Shown here one piece after another: positions 1 through 9,338 of a DNA stretch of 32,000 nucleotides (the first letter of the stretch is position 1; each line of letters opens with the position of its first letter). Under the pieces are notes generated by a model. The model ran no database searches. It was not told the DNA's origin and saw only the letters and a list, made by a program, of their open reading frames with translations. The DNA is taken from NCBI RefSeq assembly GCF_000341895.1, contig NC_020409.1, positions 2,340,001 to 2,372,000 of the forward strand. Direction: 5' to 3'. This DNA comes from Pseudodesulfovibrio piezophilus C1TLV30. Its GTDB lineage: Bacteria > Desulfobacterota > Desulfovibrionia > Desulfovibrionales > Desulfovibrionaceae. The position numbers were made by a program, and so were the translations under genes.

Positions 1-20
1 GCAAAATGGTGTCTCGACGA

Positions 21-58
21 AAAGGCCCTGCCGGAATTATCCGGCAGGGCCTTTTACA
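21..58 (-). terminator. Intrinsic terminator after the oxidoreductase operon (possibly bidirectional)
   Basis: Perfect inverted repeat AAAGGCCCTGCCGG (21-34) / CCGGCAGGGCCTTT (41-54) with a 6-nt loop. On the minus-strand transcript the GC-rich stem is followed by TTTTCG. It lies about 20 nt past the stop of the 77-619 CDS. Confidence 0.7.
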
Positions 59-76
59 AGTGTAGGGTTGTCTTGA

Positions 77-619
77 TCAGCTGATTACTTTGGCACCGGC
101 CAGAATTGCTTCTGTGTTGGCGGGAATGAGTTTGTGGTAGCGTTCGGATATCACGTTTTTCAGGGAGTCGATAACTGCCTGAACCGGGAGAATCCGCGTT
201 GCTGCCACATAGGCGCCTATAGCGACCATGTTGGCCATGCGGGTATTACCAAGTTGGTCTGCTATTTCATTGCAGGGGACCGCGTGGCAATCAAGTCGGT
301 CCTGATCAGCCAATTCCATGTCGATCAGTGAGGAATTGATGATATGGACACCGCCGTCAGCAACACGGGGTTGGAATTTATCCAGTGAAGGGCGGTTCAT
401 GGCAATGAGTGATTTCGGGCTGTGGATGATTGGGGAGCCGATATCCTCGTCAGAGAGGACGACAGTGCAGTTGGCTGTTCCGCCGCGCATCTCAGGACCA
501 TAGACGGGAATATAGGTAACATTCAGCCCCTCTTTCATACCGGCGTATGCAAGCAGATTGCCGATGAGCATTACGCCCTGGCCGCCGAATCCGGCGATGA
601 TGGTGTCGATATAGCGCAT
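77..619 (-). CDS. 2-oxoacid:ferredoxin oxidoreductase, gamma subunit (Kor/Oor/Por gamma family)
   Basis: ORF 77..625. [18 protein letters not shown] and [14 protein letters not shown] are typical of gamma subunits. The codon at 625 is GTG, so I prefer the ATG at 619-617, which overlaps the upstream stop as TAATG. Substrate (2-oxoglutarate, pyruvate or other) cannot be called from sequence alone. Confidence 0.85.
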   Translation of the reverse strand: MRYIDTIIAGFGGQGVMLIGNLLAYAGMKEGLNVTYIPVYGPEMRGGTANCTVVLSDEDIGSPIIHSPKSLIAMNRPSLDKFQPRVADGGVHIINSSLIDMELADQDRLDCHAVPCNEIADQLGNTRMANMVAIGAYVAATRILPVQAVIDSLKNVISERYHKLIPANTEAILAGAKVIS

Positions 620-1389
620 TAGCACACACCTCCTTCCTCGGAGACATCCTTGTATATACCAAGAGGAAAGTAGGGGATCATTTCATTCTGGATTCGTTCA
701 TTTGCCTGAAGTGGCGTCATCTTCCAGTTCGTGGAGCAGCCGGACAAGAGTTCAACAAACCCAAACCCGGTGTTGTTCAACTGGAATTCAAAGGCTTTTT
801 TCAGGTATTTTTTGGATTGGCGAATATTTTTCACACAATCCAGTGAACCACGCGCGGCAAAGGCCACACCGCCCAAAGATGCGATTATTTCGGTCATGCG
901 GATGGGGGCACCTTCATGCGTAGTGCAACGTCCCGCCGGAGTTGTCGTGGTTTTTTGTCCGATCAGGGTCGTGGGAGCCATCTGGCCGCCTGTCATGCCA
1001 TAGACTGTGTTGTTCACAAAGATGACGGACATCTTTTCACCGCGATTGGCAGCGTGCATGATTTCAGCCATGCCGATGGATGCAAGATCACCATCACCTT
1101 GATAGGTGAAGACAAAATGATCGGGACGGGCGCGTTTGACGCCGGTTGCTACAGCCGGAGCGCGCCCGTGGGGTGCCTCCACTGCATCGGCGTTCAGGTA
1201 ATTATACAAAAAGACGGAACAACCGATGGACGTGGTCATCAGTGTTTTTCCTGCCAGATCGAGTTCATCCATGAGTTCGCCGATTAGCCTGTGGGCAATG
1301 CCATGATGGCAACCGGGGCAGTAGTGAGTGGGGCGGTCAATGACGGATTCCGGTTTGTCAAAGACGAGCTTTTCATTCATGTCAGACAT
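619..1389 (-). CDS. 2-oxoacid:ferredoxin oxidoreductase, beta subunit (thiamine-diphosphate binding)
   Basis: ORF 619..1389. Has an N-terminal Cys cluster (CPGCHHG) and the TPP motif GDGDLASIGMAEIMHAANRGEKMSVIFVNNTVYGMTGGQ. Its start abuts the stop of the alpha-subunit gene. Confidence 0.9.
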   Translation of the reverse strand: MSDMNEKLVFDKPESVIDRPTHYCPGCHHGIAHRLIGELMDELDLAGKTLMTTSIGCSVFLYNYLNADAVEAPHGRAPAVATGVKRARPDHFVFTYQGDGDLASIGMAEIMHAANRGEKMSVIFVNNTVYGMTGGQMAPTTLIGQKTTTTPAGRCTTHEGAPIRMTEIIASLGGVAFAARGSLDCVKNIRQSKKYLKKAFEFQLNNTGFGFVELLSGCSTNWKMTPLQANERIQNEMIPYFPLGIYKDVSEEGGVC

Positions 1390-2460
1390 TTATTTCCCCT
1401 CCAGGCATGTGAGGATCGGTGCCTCGAGTTCTTCCGGGGTGGGCAGGTTGCCGGGATAGATGGGGTAGAAGTCGGAGTCGGCAACCGTGCGAATGGCAAG
1501 GCGAACATCATCAACCATCTGACCCAGATTGTGTTCAATTGTCAGGAAACGTTTTCCCTGTTTAGCCAGTGTGAGTAAATCGGCTGACGGGAAGGGATAC
1601 AGGGTGATGGGTCTGAAGAGACCGACCTTTTTCCCTTCCTTGCGGAATTTACGGACAGCGGTTTTGGCAATGCGTCCGATGGAACCGTATGCGCAGATGA
1701 CAATATCGGCGTCCTCGGTTTCGAACTGTTCGGCTTCAGCCAACTCTGTCCATGAATCATATTTTGCCTGGAGATGGCGATTCTGTTCCGCCAGTTCTCC
1801 TTCGGCAAGGAACAGGGATTTGATGAGGCGTTTTTCACGCTGTCCCTTGTGGCCGTCAAGAGCCCACTCTCGTCCGGCTTCCTCGTCCACACCCTCGGGC
1901 GTCCAGGGGATGATGGGTTCTTTCATCTGGCCAAGGATGGCATCTGCCAGCAACAGGACCGGGGTCCGATGCTCGTAGGCAATATCAAAGGCCCGAATGG
2001 TGAGGTCATATGCTTCTTGAACATTGCCGGGAGCAAGGGTGAAGTGGCGGTAATCGCCATGTCCGCCGCCTCGTGTGGATTGGTAATAATCTCCCTGAGC
2101 AGGACCTATGTCACCGAGACCAGGACCACCACGATTGACGTTGATGATCACGGCCGGGACTTCTGAACCAGCCATGTAGGAGATGGCTTCCTGCTTCAGG
2201 GACATGCCCGGACTGGAAGATGATGTCATTGCGCGGATGCCTGCGGCTCCGGCTCCCAACAGCATGTTGGCAGCGGCGACTTCTGATTCAGCCTGAACAA
2301 AGTCACCGCCGGCCTTGATCATCTCGGACGACATGAACTCCGGGATATCATTTTGCGGTGTGATGGGGTAACCGAAAAAACATTTGCATTTGGCAGCCAG
2401 GGCACCACGTGCAATGGCCTCGTTGCCTTTGACGAAAAGACGTTCGGGGTGTTTGCTCAT
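1390..2460 (-). CDS. 2-oxoacid:ferredoxin oxidoreductase, alpha subunit
   Basis: ORF 1390..2511, trimmed to the ATG at 2460 (MSKHPERLFVKGNEA...), 1 nt after the stop of the ferredoxin-subunit gene. GYPITPQNDI and the overall layout are typical of alpha subunits. Confidence 0.9.
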   Translation of the reverse strand: MSKHPERLFVKGNEAIARGALAAKCKCFFGYPITPQNDIPEFMSSEMIKAGGDFVQAESEVAAANMLLGAGAAGIRAMTSSSSPGMSLKQEAISYMAGSEVPAVIINVNRGGPGLGDIGPAQGDYYQSTRGGGHGDYRHFTLAPGNVQEAYDLTIRAFDIAYEHRTPVLLLADAILGQMKEPIIPWTPEGVDEEAGREWALDGHKGQREKRLIKSLFLAEGELAEQNRHLQAKYDSWTELAEAEQFETEDADIVICAYGSIGRIAKTAVRKFRKEGKKVGLFRPITLYPFPSADLLTLAKQGKRFLTIEHNLGQMVDDVRLAIRTVADSDFYPIYPGNLPTPEELEAPILTCLEGK

Positions 2461-2461
2461 T

Positions 2462-2695
2462 TTATTTTCCCCCTTTTTTCTTGGGGGTTTTGTAGACTTT
2501 GATCGCCACATCGGGACAGATCATTGCGCAGGAGGCGCACCCGATACATTTGTCCGCATCAGCCTCGGGAACTTCGGCGACCTTGTAGCCGCTGACGTTG
2601 AACCGATCCGACTGGACAATGATGTCCACAGGGCAGACCGTGGTACAGAGGAGGCATCCTTTGCACCTGTCTTCCTGGACTTCGATTCGAGACAT
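2462..2695 (-). CDS. 2-oxoacid:ferredoxin oxidoreductase, delta subunit (2x[4Fe-4S] ferredoxin)
   Basis: 77-aa ORF with two CxxCxxCxxxCP motifs (CKGCLLCTTVCP, CIGCASCAMICP). GGAG Shine-Dalgarno upstream. First gene of the delta-alpha-beta-gamma operon. Confidence 0.9.
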   Translation of the reverse strand: MSRIEVQEDRCKGCLLCTTVCPVDIIVQSDRFNVSGYKVAEVPEADADKCIGCASCAMICPDVAIKVYKTPKKKGGK

Positions 2696-2737
2696 TCACA
2701 TACTCCAGTGTTGATAATGAAAAGAGAGAGACCTTGT

Positions 2738-3856
2738 TTATCGTATGAGCATCGCGTCACCATAACTGAAGAAGCGGAAGTTATTCTCCAGGGCGCATGC
2801 GTATGCGGAGAAAATCGTTTTTCTTCCAGCAAGAGCCGAGATCATAATGATCAGGGACGATTCTGGCAAATGGAAGTTCGTCAAAATTCCATCAATCACC
2901 TGAAATTGATAGCCTGGAGCGATGAAAATATCGGTTTCACCTCGAAATTCCGTTATTTCGCCACATTCCTGAAACATTCCTTCCAACGTTCGCGCGCTGG
3001 TGGTTCCGATGGAAATGACAGGCCGTCCTTCCTTTTTGGCCTGGCGTATGGCGAGGGCGGTTTTTTTAGGGACTTCAATATATTCCGAGTGCATTGTGTG
3101 GTCGCGGATATCTTCGCATCGAACAGGGCTGAATGTTCCATACCCAACATAGAGGGTGACTTCAGCCCAGCCAAATCCCTTGTCCATGAGAGTTTGGCGA
3201 ATTTTTGGCGTAAAATGCAACCCGGCAGTCGGTGCGGCAACAGACCCTGTTTTGGTTTGGTCTGAATACGTAGTCTGGTAGCGTTCCTTGTCTGCTTCGG
3301 TATCCGGGCGTTTGATATAGGGAGGAAGTGGCAGGTGACCCATTTCCTTAAAGAGAGTGGTCAAGTCACCTTTCCACCGTAACTCTGCCTGCCATCGACC
3401 AAATGGGCCGGGTGTCTCGGTGATGAGGTGAAAATTCTCACTGAATGTTACTTGTGTGTGCGGTTTAGGAGTCTTGGAGGCCCGGAGCAAACCCTCCACA
3501 GTCGCGGTCTGCCATCCGTTTTCCTCTTTTGGTGTTATGAGAGGCAGGGGAGTCAGGAGGAGGAATTCGACCTGGCCACCTGTGGGTTTGTTCCCGAATA
3601 TCCGAGCGGGAATGACACGGGAATTATTGGCTACCAGGAGTGCGCCTTCAGGCAGATATTGAGCGATGTCGACAAAATTCGCCGGGGTCAGGGTGCCGTC
3701 TTTTTTGTCCAGGACCAGCAAACGTGAACCATCCCGCTGCTGCGATGGTTCCTGAGCTATACGGTCTTCCGGCAGGTCATATGAGTAGCTTTGGAGCTGA
3801 AAATCAGGTGGTATTTCCATAAATAGGTATCTTTTGTTTGGTATGTTGTGTGTCAT
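2738..3856 (-). CDS. queA: S-adenosylmethionine:tRNA ribosyltransferase-isomerase
   Basis: 372-aa ORF. The N-terminal YSYDLPEDRIAQEP matches the QueA FELPE.LIA start motif, and the C-terminal FFSYGDAMLI is QueA-like. An alternative start is Met13 (3820). Confidence 0.85.
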   Translation of the reverse strand: MTHNIPNKRYLFMEIPPDFQLQSYSYDLPEDRIAQEPSQQRDGSRLLVLDKKDGTLTPANFVDIAQYLPEGALLVANNSRVIPARIFGNKPTGGQVEFLLLTPLPLITPKEENGWQTATVEGLLRASKTPKPHTQVTFSENFHLITETPGPFGRWQAELRWKGDLTTLFKEMGHLPLPPYIKRPDTEADKERYQTTYSDQTKTGSVAAPTAGLHFTPKIRQTLMDKGFGWAEVTLYVGYGTFSPVRCEDIRDHTMHSEYIEVPKKTALAIRQAKKEGRPVISIGTTSARTLEGMFQECGEITEFRGETDIFIAPGYQFQVIDGILTNFHLPESSLIIMISALAGRKTIFSAYACALENNFRFFSYGDAMLIR

Positions 3857-3977
3857 ACAATACCTTGCAAGGCAAAGGTATATTTTTCTTCATTAGTAAA
3901 AACAGTATGTTATATATATTGATTCTCTAAAGCAGGATTAGGCTTGATATTGGCCGAAATCATGGTATTTCATAGAC

Positions 3978-4658
3978 ATGAATTGGCTTTCCGTGGCTGA
4001 GATAGCCAAACTTACCCGAATCCCTGCACCGACTGCCCGTCGGTATGCTTCTCTATTTAAGGATTTTCTTGGCGGCAAGAAATTAGGACGCGTCACGAAA
4101 TATCCTGATGACTGCGTGACTATTTTTGAAAAGATATCCCGCATGTATGGTGAGGGACGAGTCACTGCCGAGATAGAGGATGCACTGCGGAGCGAATTTC
4201 CACGGACTATTGATGTCGGTCAAGCTGCCAGTCAGGCTCCTGTTCAGTCCAGTGTCGTCTATAACGAGATCACGGATGCTTTTTCCGGTGTGATTGGCAA
4301 AGTTGCTTCGTGTATGGAAGTCATCGCCAATCAAAAGACGATTATTGACAAACAGCAAGATGATATCCAGAAACTCAAGACAGCTTTTGTCCTTCTGGCA
4401 AGAAGCCAGAAGAAAATGAAGGAACTGCCGACCGGAAATGAGATAAATCTCGACGAGATTATGGAGCAGACCAAAGCCCTTGAGCAGAAAGATGCTGAAA
4501 TCGAAGAAATCTCTCTCAAGCTGACTTTTGACACTTCTGATATCAAGGCGAAATTGCAGATTTTGGAATCCGAGTTGGTCCGCTTGCGCAAGGATCGACG
4601 CGAAATGGAAAAGTACCTTCAGGAAAAAATAGAGCGGCTCAGGGGAGCAGCTTCTTAG
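3978..4658 (+). CDS. MerR-like HTH protein with long C-terminal coiled coil (function unknown)
   Basis: The N-terminal LSVAEIAKLTRIPAPTARRYASLF resembles a MerR/HTH_17-type helix-turn-helix. The C-terminal half is heptad-like and rich in charged residues (QQDDIQKLK..., LESELVRLRKDRREMEKYLQEKIERL). Confidence 0.6.
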   Translation: MNWLSVAEIAKLTRIPAPTARRYASLFKDFLGGKKLGRVTKYPDDCVTIFEKISRMYGEGRVTAEIEDALRSEFPRTIDVGQAASQAPVQSSVVYNEITDAFSGVIGKVASCMEVIANQKTIIDKQQDDIQKLKTAFVLLARSQKKMKELPTGNEINLDEIMEQTKALEQKDAEIEEISLKLTFDTSDIKAKLQILESELVRLRKDRREMEKYLQEKIERLRGAAS

Positions 4659-4731
4659 ACTTTTCATTCTGGTTCGCTCCTGATAAGCAAACCATGAATT
4701 CAGAGAAACCGCGAGAACGTTATCGGAGGAT

Positions 4732-5202
4732 ATGATGCAATTATTCGGCAAATTTTTTCTGGCACTTCTGTTGATTGGCCTGTGTGCTGCCTGTACTACC
4801 ACCGGGACCACTGCGGGTAGCACCGATGCTTCAGCCGGTGCGCACGAAGCCCAGTATGAAGAGCCTGATTATTATTATGACTTTGATGATATTTTGATTC
4901 CAAAGGAAATTTCCTATGTACAGGAAGATTCCTACAAGCTTGATAATACGAAATTTCGAGCTGCAATCATGAAGTTCAAAGGGCGTGTCGAGGTTCTTGA
5001 GTTGGTGCAGTATTTTCTCAACAACATGGCGAAAGACAACTGGACCCTGATTTCCAATAATAAAGCCGGAAAGTTGTCAGTCATGAATTTTGAAAAGTTC
5101 AACAAAAGCTGCGTTATCCAGGTTGATGACAGTTTCGGTTCCGCCACGACGACCATCATCGCGGTGGAGGTCAAGGACGCCGGAGTAGAGAAGAGCAAAT
5201 AA
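4732..5202 (+). CDS. Probable lipoprotein / secreted protein, function unknown
   Basis: Signal peptide MMQLFGKFFLALLLIGLCAAC with a lipobox-like LIGLC/AAC. Its stop lies 3 nt before the coaBC start, so it is likely co-transcribed. Confidence 0.6.
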   Translation: MMQLFGKFFLALLLIGLCAACTTTGTTAGSTDASAGAHEAQYEEPDYYYDFDDILIPKEISYVQEDSYKLDNTKFRAAIMKFKGRVEVLELVQYFLNNMAKDNWTLISNNKAGKLSVMNFEKFNKSCVIQVDDSFGSATTTIIAVEVKDAGVEKSK

Positions 5203-5205
5203 CCA

Positions 5206-6432
5206 ATGCAGACGCATTACGGCTTTGCCGGTTTCATGGGCAAGCGTGTTCATCTCGGAGTGACGGGGTCTATCGCTGCGTTCAAGGCTTTGGATATTTT
5301 GCGTGCTTGTCGATCAGCGGACTGTATTGTTTCAGCAACTCTGACTGAATCGGCGGCGCGTTTTATCCAGCCACTCAGTTTTGAGGCCTTGGGTGCTTCT
5401 CCCGTGTACACGGAAATGTTCGCGCCGGAGACGAGTGGTGAGACTGCCTTTGATCACCTGGAGCCAGGGCAGGTGGCTGATGTCATGGTCATTGCTCCGG
5501 CTTCTGCCAATACCATTGCGAAACTGTCCATCGGCCTTGCTGATGAGATGCTTGCCTGTCAGGCGCTCGCATTTGCCGGACCCAAGATCGTCGCCCCGGC
5601 CATGAATCCTCGCATGTGGAAAAATCCCGTGACCCAGCGCAATTGGCAGGCTCTAAAGGATTTTGGCTTTATTTGTATAGAACCGGATTCCGGGAATGTC
5701 GCTTGTGGGGATATTGGAACCGGACGGCTCGCACCTGTCGAAGAGATTGTCACTGCGACGCTCAAAGCTCTCAGTCCGCAAGACCTTGCCGGGAAAAAAG
5801 TTCTCATTACTCTTGGGCCGACTCGTGAATCCTGGGATGCAGTTCGTTTTTGGTCGAATCCTTCCAGTGGCACCATGGGCGCATGTATGGCCATGGCTGC
5901 GCATTTGCGCGGAGCGGAGGTGACTGTCGTTGCCGGTCCGACTGCTCTGGATTTTCCATCGGATATTTCCGTTGTTCCTGTGAATACCGCACTTGAGATG
6001 TACCAGGCTGCCACTGACCTGTGGCCTGATATGGATATAGGCTGTGCCACTGCTGCGGTAGCAGATTTCAGGCCTGTGTCTTTTGGCGAGGGGAAATTCA
6101 AGAAATCCGATTCCCGAGATTCAGGGTTGACCGTGGAATTTCAACCTAATCCCGATATTCTCCAATCCCTTGGGGCACACAAGAATTCTTCGCAGAAGTT
6201 GATAGGCTTTGCGGCAGAAACAGCAGACATCGCACAGGAAGCCGAGCGGAAATTACAATCGAAAAATCTGGATTTGATTGCTGCTAATGACATTTCGAAA
6301 GAAGGGAGCGGATTTGCCGTTCGTACCAATCAGATGTATGTTCTTGACTCACAGGGGCGACGCGAGATGTGGCCTCAATTGAGCAAAACTGAAGTGGCTT
6401 GGCGATTATGGGATCACCTTCTTCTCGATTAA
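5206..6432 (+). CDS. coaBC: Bifunctional phosphopantothenoylcysteine decarboxylase / phosphopantothenate-cysteine ligase
   Basis: The N-terminal flavoprotein domain has GVTGSIAAFK and APASANTIAKL. The C-terminal CoaB domain has LITLGPTRE..D.VRF.SN.SSGTMG and AAVADFRP. At 408 aa the length is typical. Confidence 0.9.
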   Translation: MQTHYGFAGFMGKRVHLGVTGSIAAFKALDILRACRSADCIVSATLTESAARFIQPLSFEALGASPVYTEMFAPETSGETAFDHLEPGQVADVMVIAPASANTIAKLSIGLADEMLACQALAFAGPKIVAPAMNPRMWKNPVTQRNWQALKDFGFICIEPDSGNVACGDIGTGRLAPVEEIVTATLKALSPQDLAGKKVLITLGPTRESWDAVRFWSNPSSGTMGACMAMAAHLRGAEVTVVAGPTALDFPSDISVVPVNTALEMYQAATDLWPDMDIGCATAAVADFRPVSFGEGKFKKSDSRDSGLTVEFQPNPDILQSLGAHKNSSQKLIGFAAETADIAQEAERKLQSKNLDLIAANDISKEGSGFAVRTNQMYVLDSQGRREMWPQLSKTEVAWRLWDHLLLD

Positions 6433-7166
6433 AGACAGCTGAACAGTTTCGACCCTGGGTTGACTCTGGTCTCAAGTATGTACTCGCTCCTCAGGATGCT
6501 GTGCAAACAGCAGGGGCTTCTTTCCATACAGCGGGCATTAAGACACATGGACAACAGGACAGCTCGGTTCGTCATAGTGCAGCTGTGAAGCCAAACGTGT
6601 CTCAAAGCGGCCAAGAGAGCTCTTCCCCTTTTCAAGCCGGTACCCCTGCGAGCCAGGCTTCTTCTCAGCAGTCATCTTTTCCTCCCACTCCCCCTCAGCA
6701 GCCCCAACGTAACACCGTGCAATTCCCAAAACCATGGGATCGCTTTTTGTCTCTCGTCAAGGCTCCTGAGCCGAAAGTGGTCTGCACCTACCTGGAGCTT
6801 GGGCTTGACCTTGACGGTCACTCAGATCCACGACGGAGTAAGGTCCTCAAAAACACTTTGGGCACCCATCTGAAATGGCCACCCGGTACAGCCGCTTTCT
6901 GGCCATGCGCAGCATTGGTCAATGGAGCCTTGCAGCCAAATCCGACACTGTTCTGGAAAGGGTGGGAAATATGGAAGACTCCGTATGTCGCCTGTTTCGG
7001 AACTGAGGCCTTGCAGATCCTGTACCCACAGGCAGCAGCCGGGCAGACTGTCATTCATCTAGAGCATGTGACACTTCTTGTGGTCCCTCCACTTTCCGAA
7101 CTCGTGGGGATGCTTCCTCATGATCAGCAGATTTCAACCGAGTTGCTCGCACAAGTCCGTACTTGA
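6399..7166 (+). CDS. Hypothetical protein with Ser/Gln/Pro-rich low-complexity N-terminal region
   Basis: Long ORF overlapping the coaBC 3' end by about 30 nt. The start is uncertain: in-frame GTGs occur further in, for example before VQFPKPWDRF. The Trp-rich C-terminal 150 aa look like a folded domain. No family recognised. Confidence 0.45.
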   Translation: MAIMGSPSSRLKTAEQFRPWVDSGLKYVLAPQDAVQTAGASFHTAGIKTHGQQDSSVRHSAAVKPNVSQSGQESSSPFQAGTPASQASSQQSSFPPTPPQQPQRNTVQFPKPWDRFLSLVKAPEPKVVCTYLELGLDLDGHSDPRRSKVLKNTLGTHLKWPPGTAAFWPCAALVNGALQPNPTLFWKGWEIWKTPYVACFGTEALQILYPQAAAGQTVIHLEHVTLLVVPPLSELVGMLPHDQQISTELLAQVRT

Positions 7167-7232
7167 TGCTATATTGTGACTGACTTGGGTGTCTGATATT
7201 CGGGAACGCGAGAACAGTAAGGAGAAGTTGAG

Positions 7233-8537
7233 ATGAAAGCATGGTCTGTGGCGATGTTTTTTGTTGTCTCTTTAGTTTTTTTTGCTGTCCCTGCTTCGGC
7301 GCATGAATCCATCTTTCGTGTGTTACAGGTTCGCCTGAACGGCGCCATCAGTCCGGCTCAGGACGATCTACTCTCAGATTCCCTGCGGTATGCAAATGAC
7401 TTGGGCTACGATCTTGTTCTTTTGGTTCTCGATACACCTGGCGGGCTGGGAGATTCGATGCGGTCAATGGTTCAGACAATGCTCAATGCACCGCTTCCTG
7501 TAGCGGTTTGGGTTGGACCTTCAGGTGCGCATGCAGCGTCTGCCGGTGTTTTTTTGGTGGCAGCTTCCAGTGTGGCTGCAATGGCACCGCAGACAACTCT
7601 TGGTGCTGCTTCACCTGTGGGATTGGGCGGTGGGGATATTCCGGGTACCATGGCAAAAAAGATTCAGCAGGATTTTACAAGTCTTGTTCAAAGTGTGGCC
7701 CGTGCCCATGGAAGAAACAGTGAATGGTATGGTCGCTCTGTTACCGAGAGTGCCAGCATTTCCGCTGCGGATGCTTTGCATTTGAAAGTTGTGGAATTTA
7801 TCGCACCTACTGTGGAAACCTTTTTGGACCAGCTCGGTCAGCATGGTCTTTCCTTCAAAGGAAGTGTTCGTCATTTTTCGGCAGAGATTATCTCTGTCAA
7901 AGAGTATGATCCAGGCTTTCGATATCGGTTCCTTTCGTGGTTGTTACATCCACAGATTGCTTATTTACTTCTCATGGCCGGGATCTTGGGTCTGTTTATC
8001 GAACTGACACACCCTGGAACTTTTCTGCCTGGTGTCGTGGGAGGGATATCTCTTGTCCTTGCCTTGTATGCAATGTCTGTTTTGCCGACCAATATCGCCG
8101 GACTTTTACTGATTGGGTTTTCCCTGGTGCTTTTTCTTCTCGAGATCAAAGTGGTCAGTTATGGGATGTTGACTCTTGCCGGACTTGTTTCCATGGTCAT
8201 CGGATCACTGATTCTCTTTCGAGATGAATACGGAACCATTCAAATTCCACTTTCCTCTATCATTTGGGCAGTGCTCAGTGTGGTTCTGGTCTTTGGGAGT
8301 GTTACCTTTCTCGTGCTGCGTTCAAAACGTCAGCAAGGGGCTCTTGGCGAGACCGGTATGGTTGGATTGACTGGGAAAGTCATAGAGTGGGGTGATGGAA
8401 AAGGGAAAATTTTGGTGAGAGGTGAAATTTGGGCCGTTAAGGGGGTAATAGGAGCTTTTAGTCCCTCTGTGGGGGCATATGTCAGAATTGAGTCTATAAA
8501 CGGTTTAACGCTTAAAATTGGGCCTATCAACCGCTAG
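7233..8537 (+). CDS. NfeD-family membrane-bound serine protease (ClpP-class)
   Basis: Signal/anchor sequence. ClpP-like domain with LLVLDTPGG and GPSGAHAASAGVFL, followed by several hydrophobic helices. C-terminal NfeD OB-fold (ILVRGEIWAVKG...VRIESINGLTLKI). AAGGAG Shine-Dalgarno. Sits upstream of an SPFH gene, the canonical pairing. Confidence 0.85.
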   Translation: MKAWSVAMFFVVSLVFFAVPASAHESIFRVLQVRLNGAISPAQDDLLSDSLRYANDLGYDLVLLVLDTPGGLGDSMRSMVQTMLNAPLPVAVWVGPSGAHAASAGVFLVAASSVAAMAPQTTLGAASPVGLGGGDIPGTMAKKIQQDFTSLVQSVARAHGRNSEWYGRSVTESASISAADALHLKVVEFIAPTVETFLDQLGQHGLSFKGSVRHFSAEIISVKEYDPGFRYRFLSWLLHPQIAYLLLMAGILGLFIELTHPGTFLPGVVGGISLVLALYAMSVLPTNIAGLLLIGFSLVLFLLEIKVVSYGMLTLAGLVSMVIGSLILFRDEYGTIQIPLSSIIWAVLSVVLVFGSVTFLVLRSKRQQGALGETGMVGLTGKVIEWGDGKGKILVRGEIWAVKGVIGAFSPSVGAYVRIESINGLTLKIGPINR

Positions 8538-8573
8538 CCCTTGTGGTGCAAGGGTTTCTAGAGAGGATGTATT

Positions 8574-9338
8574 ATGTATATTCCACAAACGATCATTGTT
8601 GTCCTGATTATTGCTTTTCTGGTCTCATCTCTTCGGGTCTTGAATGAATATGAAAGGGGAGTTGTCTTTCGACTCGGCCGTTGTATTGGTTTCAAAGGGC
8701 CGGGGTTGATAATTCTGCTGCCGGTTCTTGATAAGATGGTCAAGGTCTCACTTCGTATCTTGACCCTTGATGTCCCGAATCAGGATGTGATCACGCGGGA
8801 CAATGTCAGTGTGAAGGTGAATGCCGTTGTTTATTTTCGAGTGCTCGATCCCGTTAAATCAATTCTCGAAATAGAGGATTATATGTTCGGGACTTCACAA
8901 CTTGCGCAAACCACCTTGCGTAGCGTATGTGGTGGCGTCGAGCTTGATGATTTATTGTCCCAAAGGGAGAAGATCAACAACGAGATTCAAACTATTCTTG
9001 ATGAACATACTGATCCTTGGGGCATTAAGGTAACCACGGTCGAACTCAAATATATCGATCTTCCCCAGGAGATGCAGCGTGCCATGGCCAAACAGGCCGA
9101 GGCTGAAAGAGAACGTCGCGCCAAGATTATCGGCGCAGAAGGTGAGTTCCAGGCATCGACCAAGTTGTCAGCCGCCGCCGAGATCATCGGCAAGCACCCT
9201 GCGGCTCTCCAACTGCGCTACTTGCAAACCATGAGAGAAATGGCTTCTGAAGGTCAGAGTGCGACGGTAATTCCCATCCCACTCGATATTATGAATGCCC
9301 TCATGCCCCTCAAGGGTACAACCAACAGCAAGGGATAA
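8574..9338 (+). CDS. SPFH/Band-7 (stomatin-like, slipin) protein
   Basis: N-terminal TM helix. [30 protein letters not shown] and [14 protein letters not shown] are typical prokaryotic stomatin motifs. Confidence 0.9.
   Translation: MYIPQTIIVVLIIAFLVSSLRVLNEYERGVVFRLGRCIGFKGPGLIILLPVLDKMVKVSLRILTLDVPNQDVITRDNVSVKVNAVVYFRVLDPVKSILEIEDYMFGTSQLAQTTLRSVCGGVELDDLLSQREKINNEIQTILDEHTDPWGIKVTTVELKYIDLPQEMQRAMAKQAEAERERRAKIIGAEGEFQASTKLSAAAEIIGKHPAALQLRYLQTMREMASEGQSATVIPIPLDIMNALMPLKGTTNSKG

Noticed and set aside
2461-2511. 17-codon N-terminal extension of the alpha-subunit ORF
   Set aside because: It would overlap the ferredoxin-subunit gene by 50 nt. The ATG at 2460 gives the conserved N-terminus and a 1-nt spacing from the upstream stop.
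2384-3265. 293-aa plus-strand ORF crossing the korA, korD and queA regions
   Set aside because: It spans three well-supported minus-strand genes and their intergenic gaps, and its translation has no family features.
3861-3880. Overlapping palindromes TACCTT/AAGGTA and CCTTGCAAGG just upstream of the queA start
   Set aside because: They are short (6-10 bp) and overlap the putative ribosome-binding site. This is too little information to call an operator or a translational hairpin.
4083-4823. 246-aa minus-strand ORF antisense to the MerR-like coiled-coil gene
   Set aside because: It is antisense to a repetitive coiled-coil coding region and has no recognisable motifs. It also runs across the intergenic region into the next gene. 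Chance open frame.
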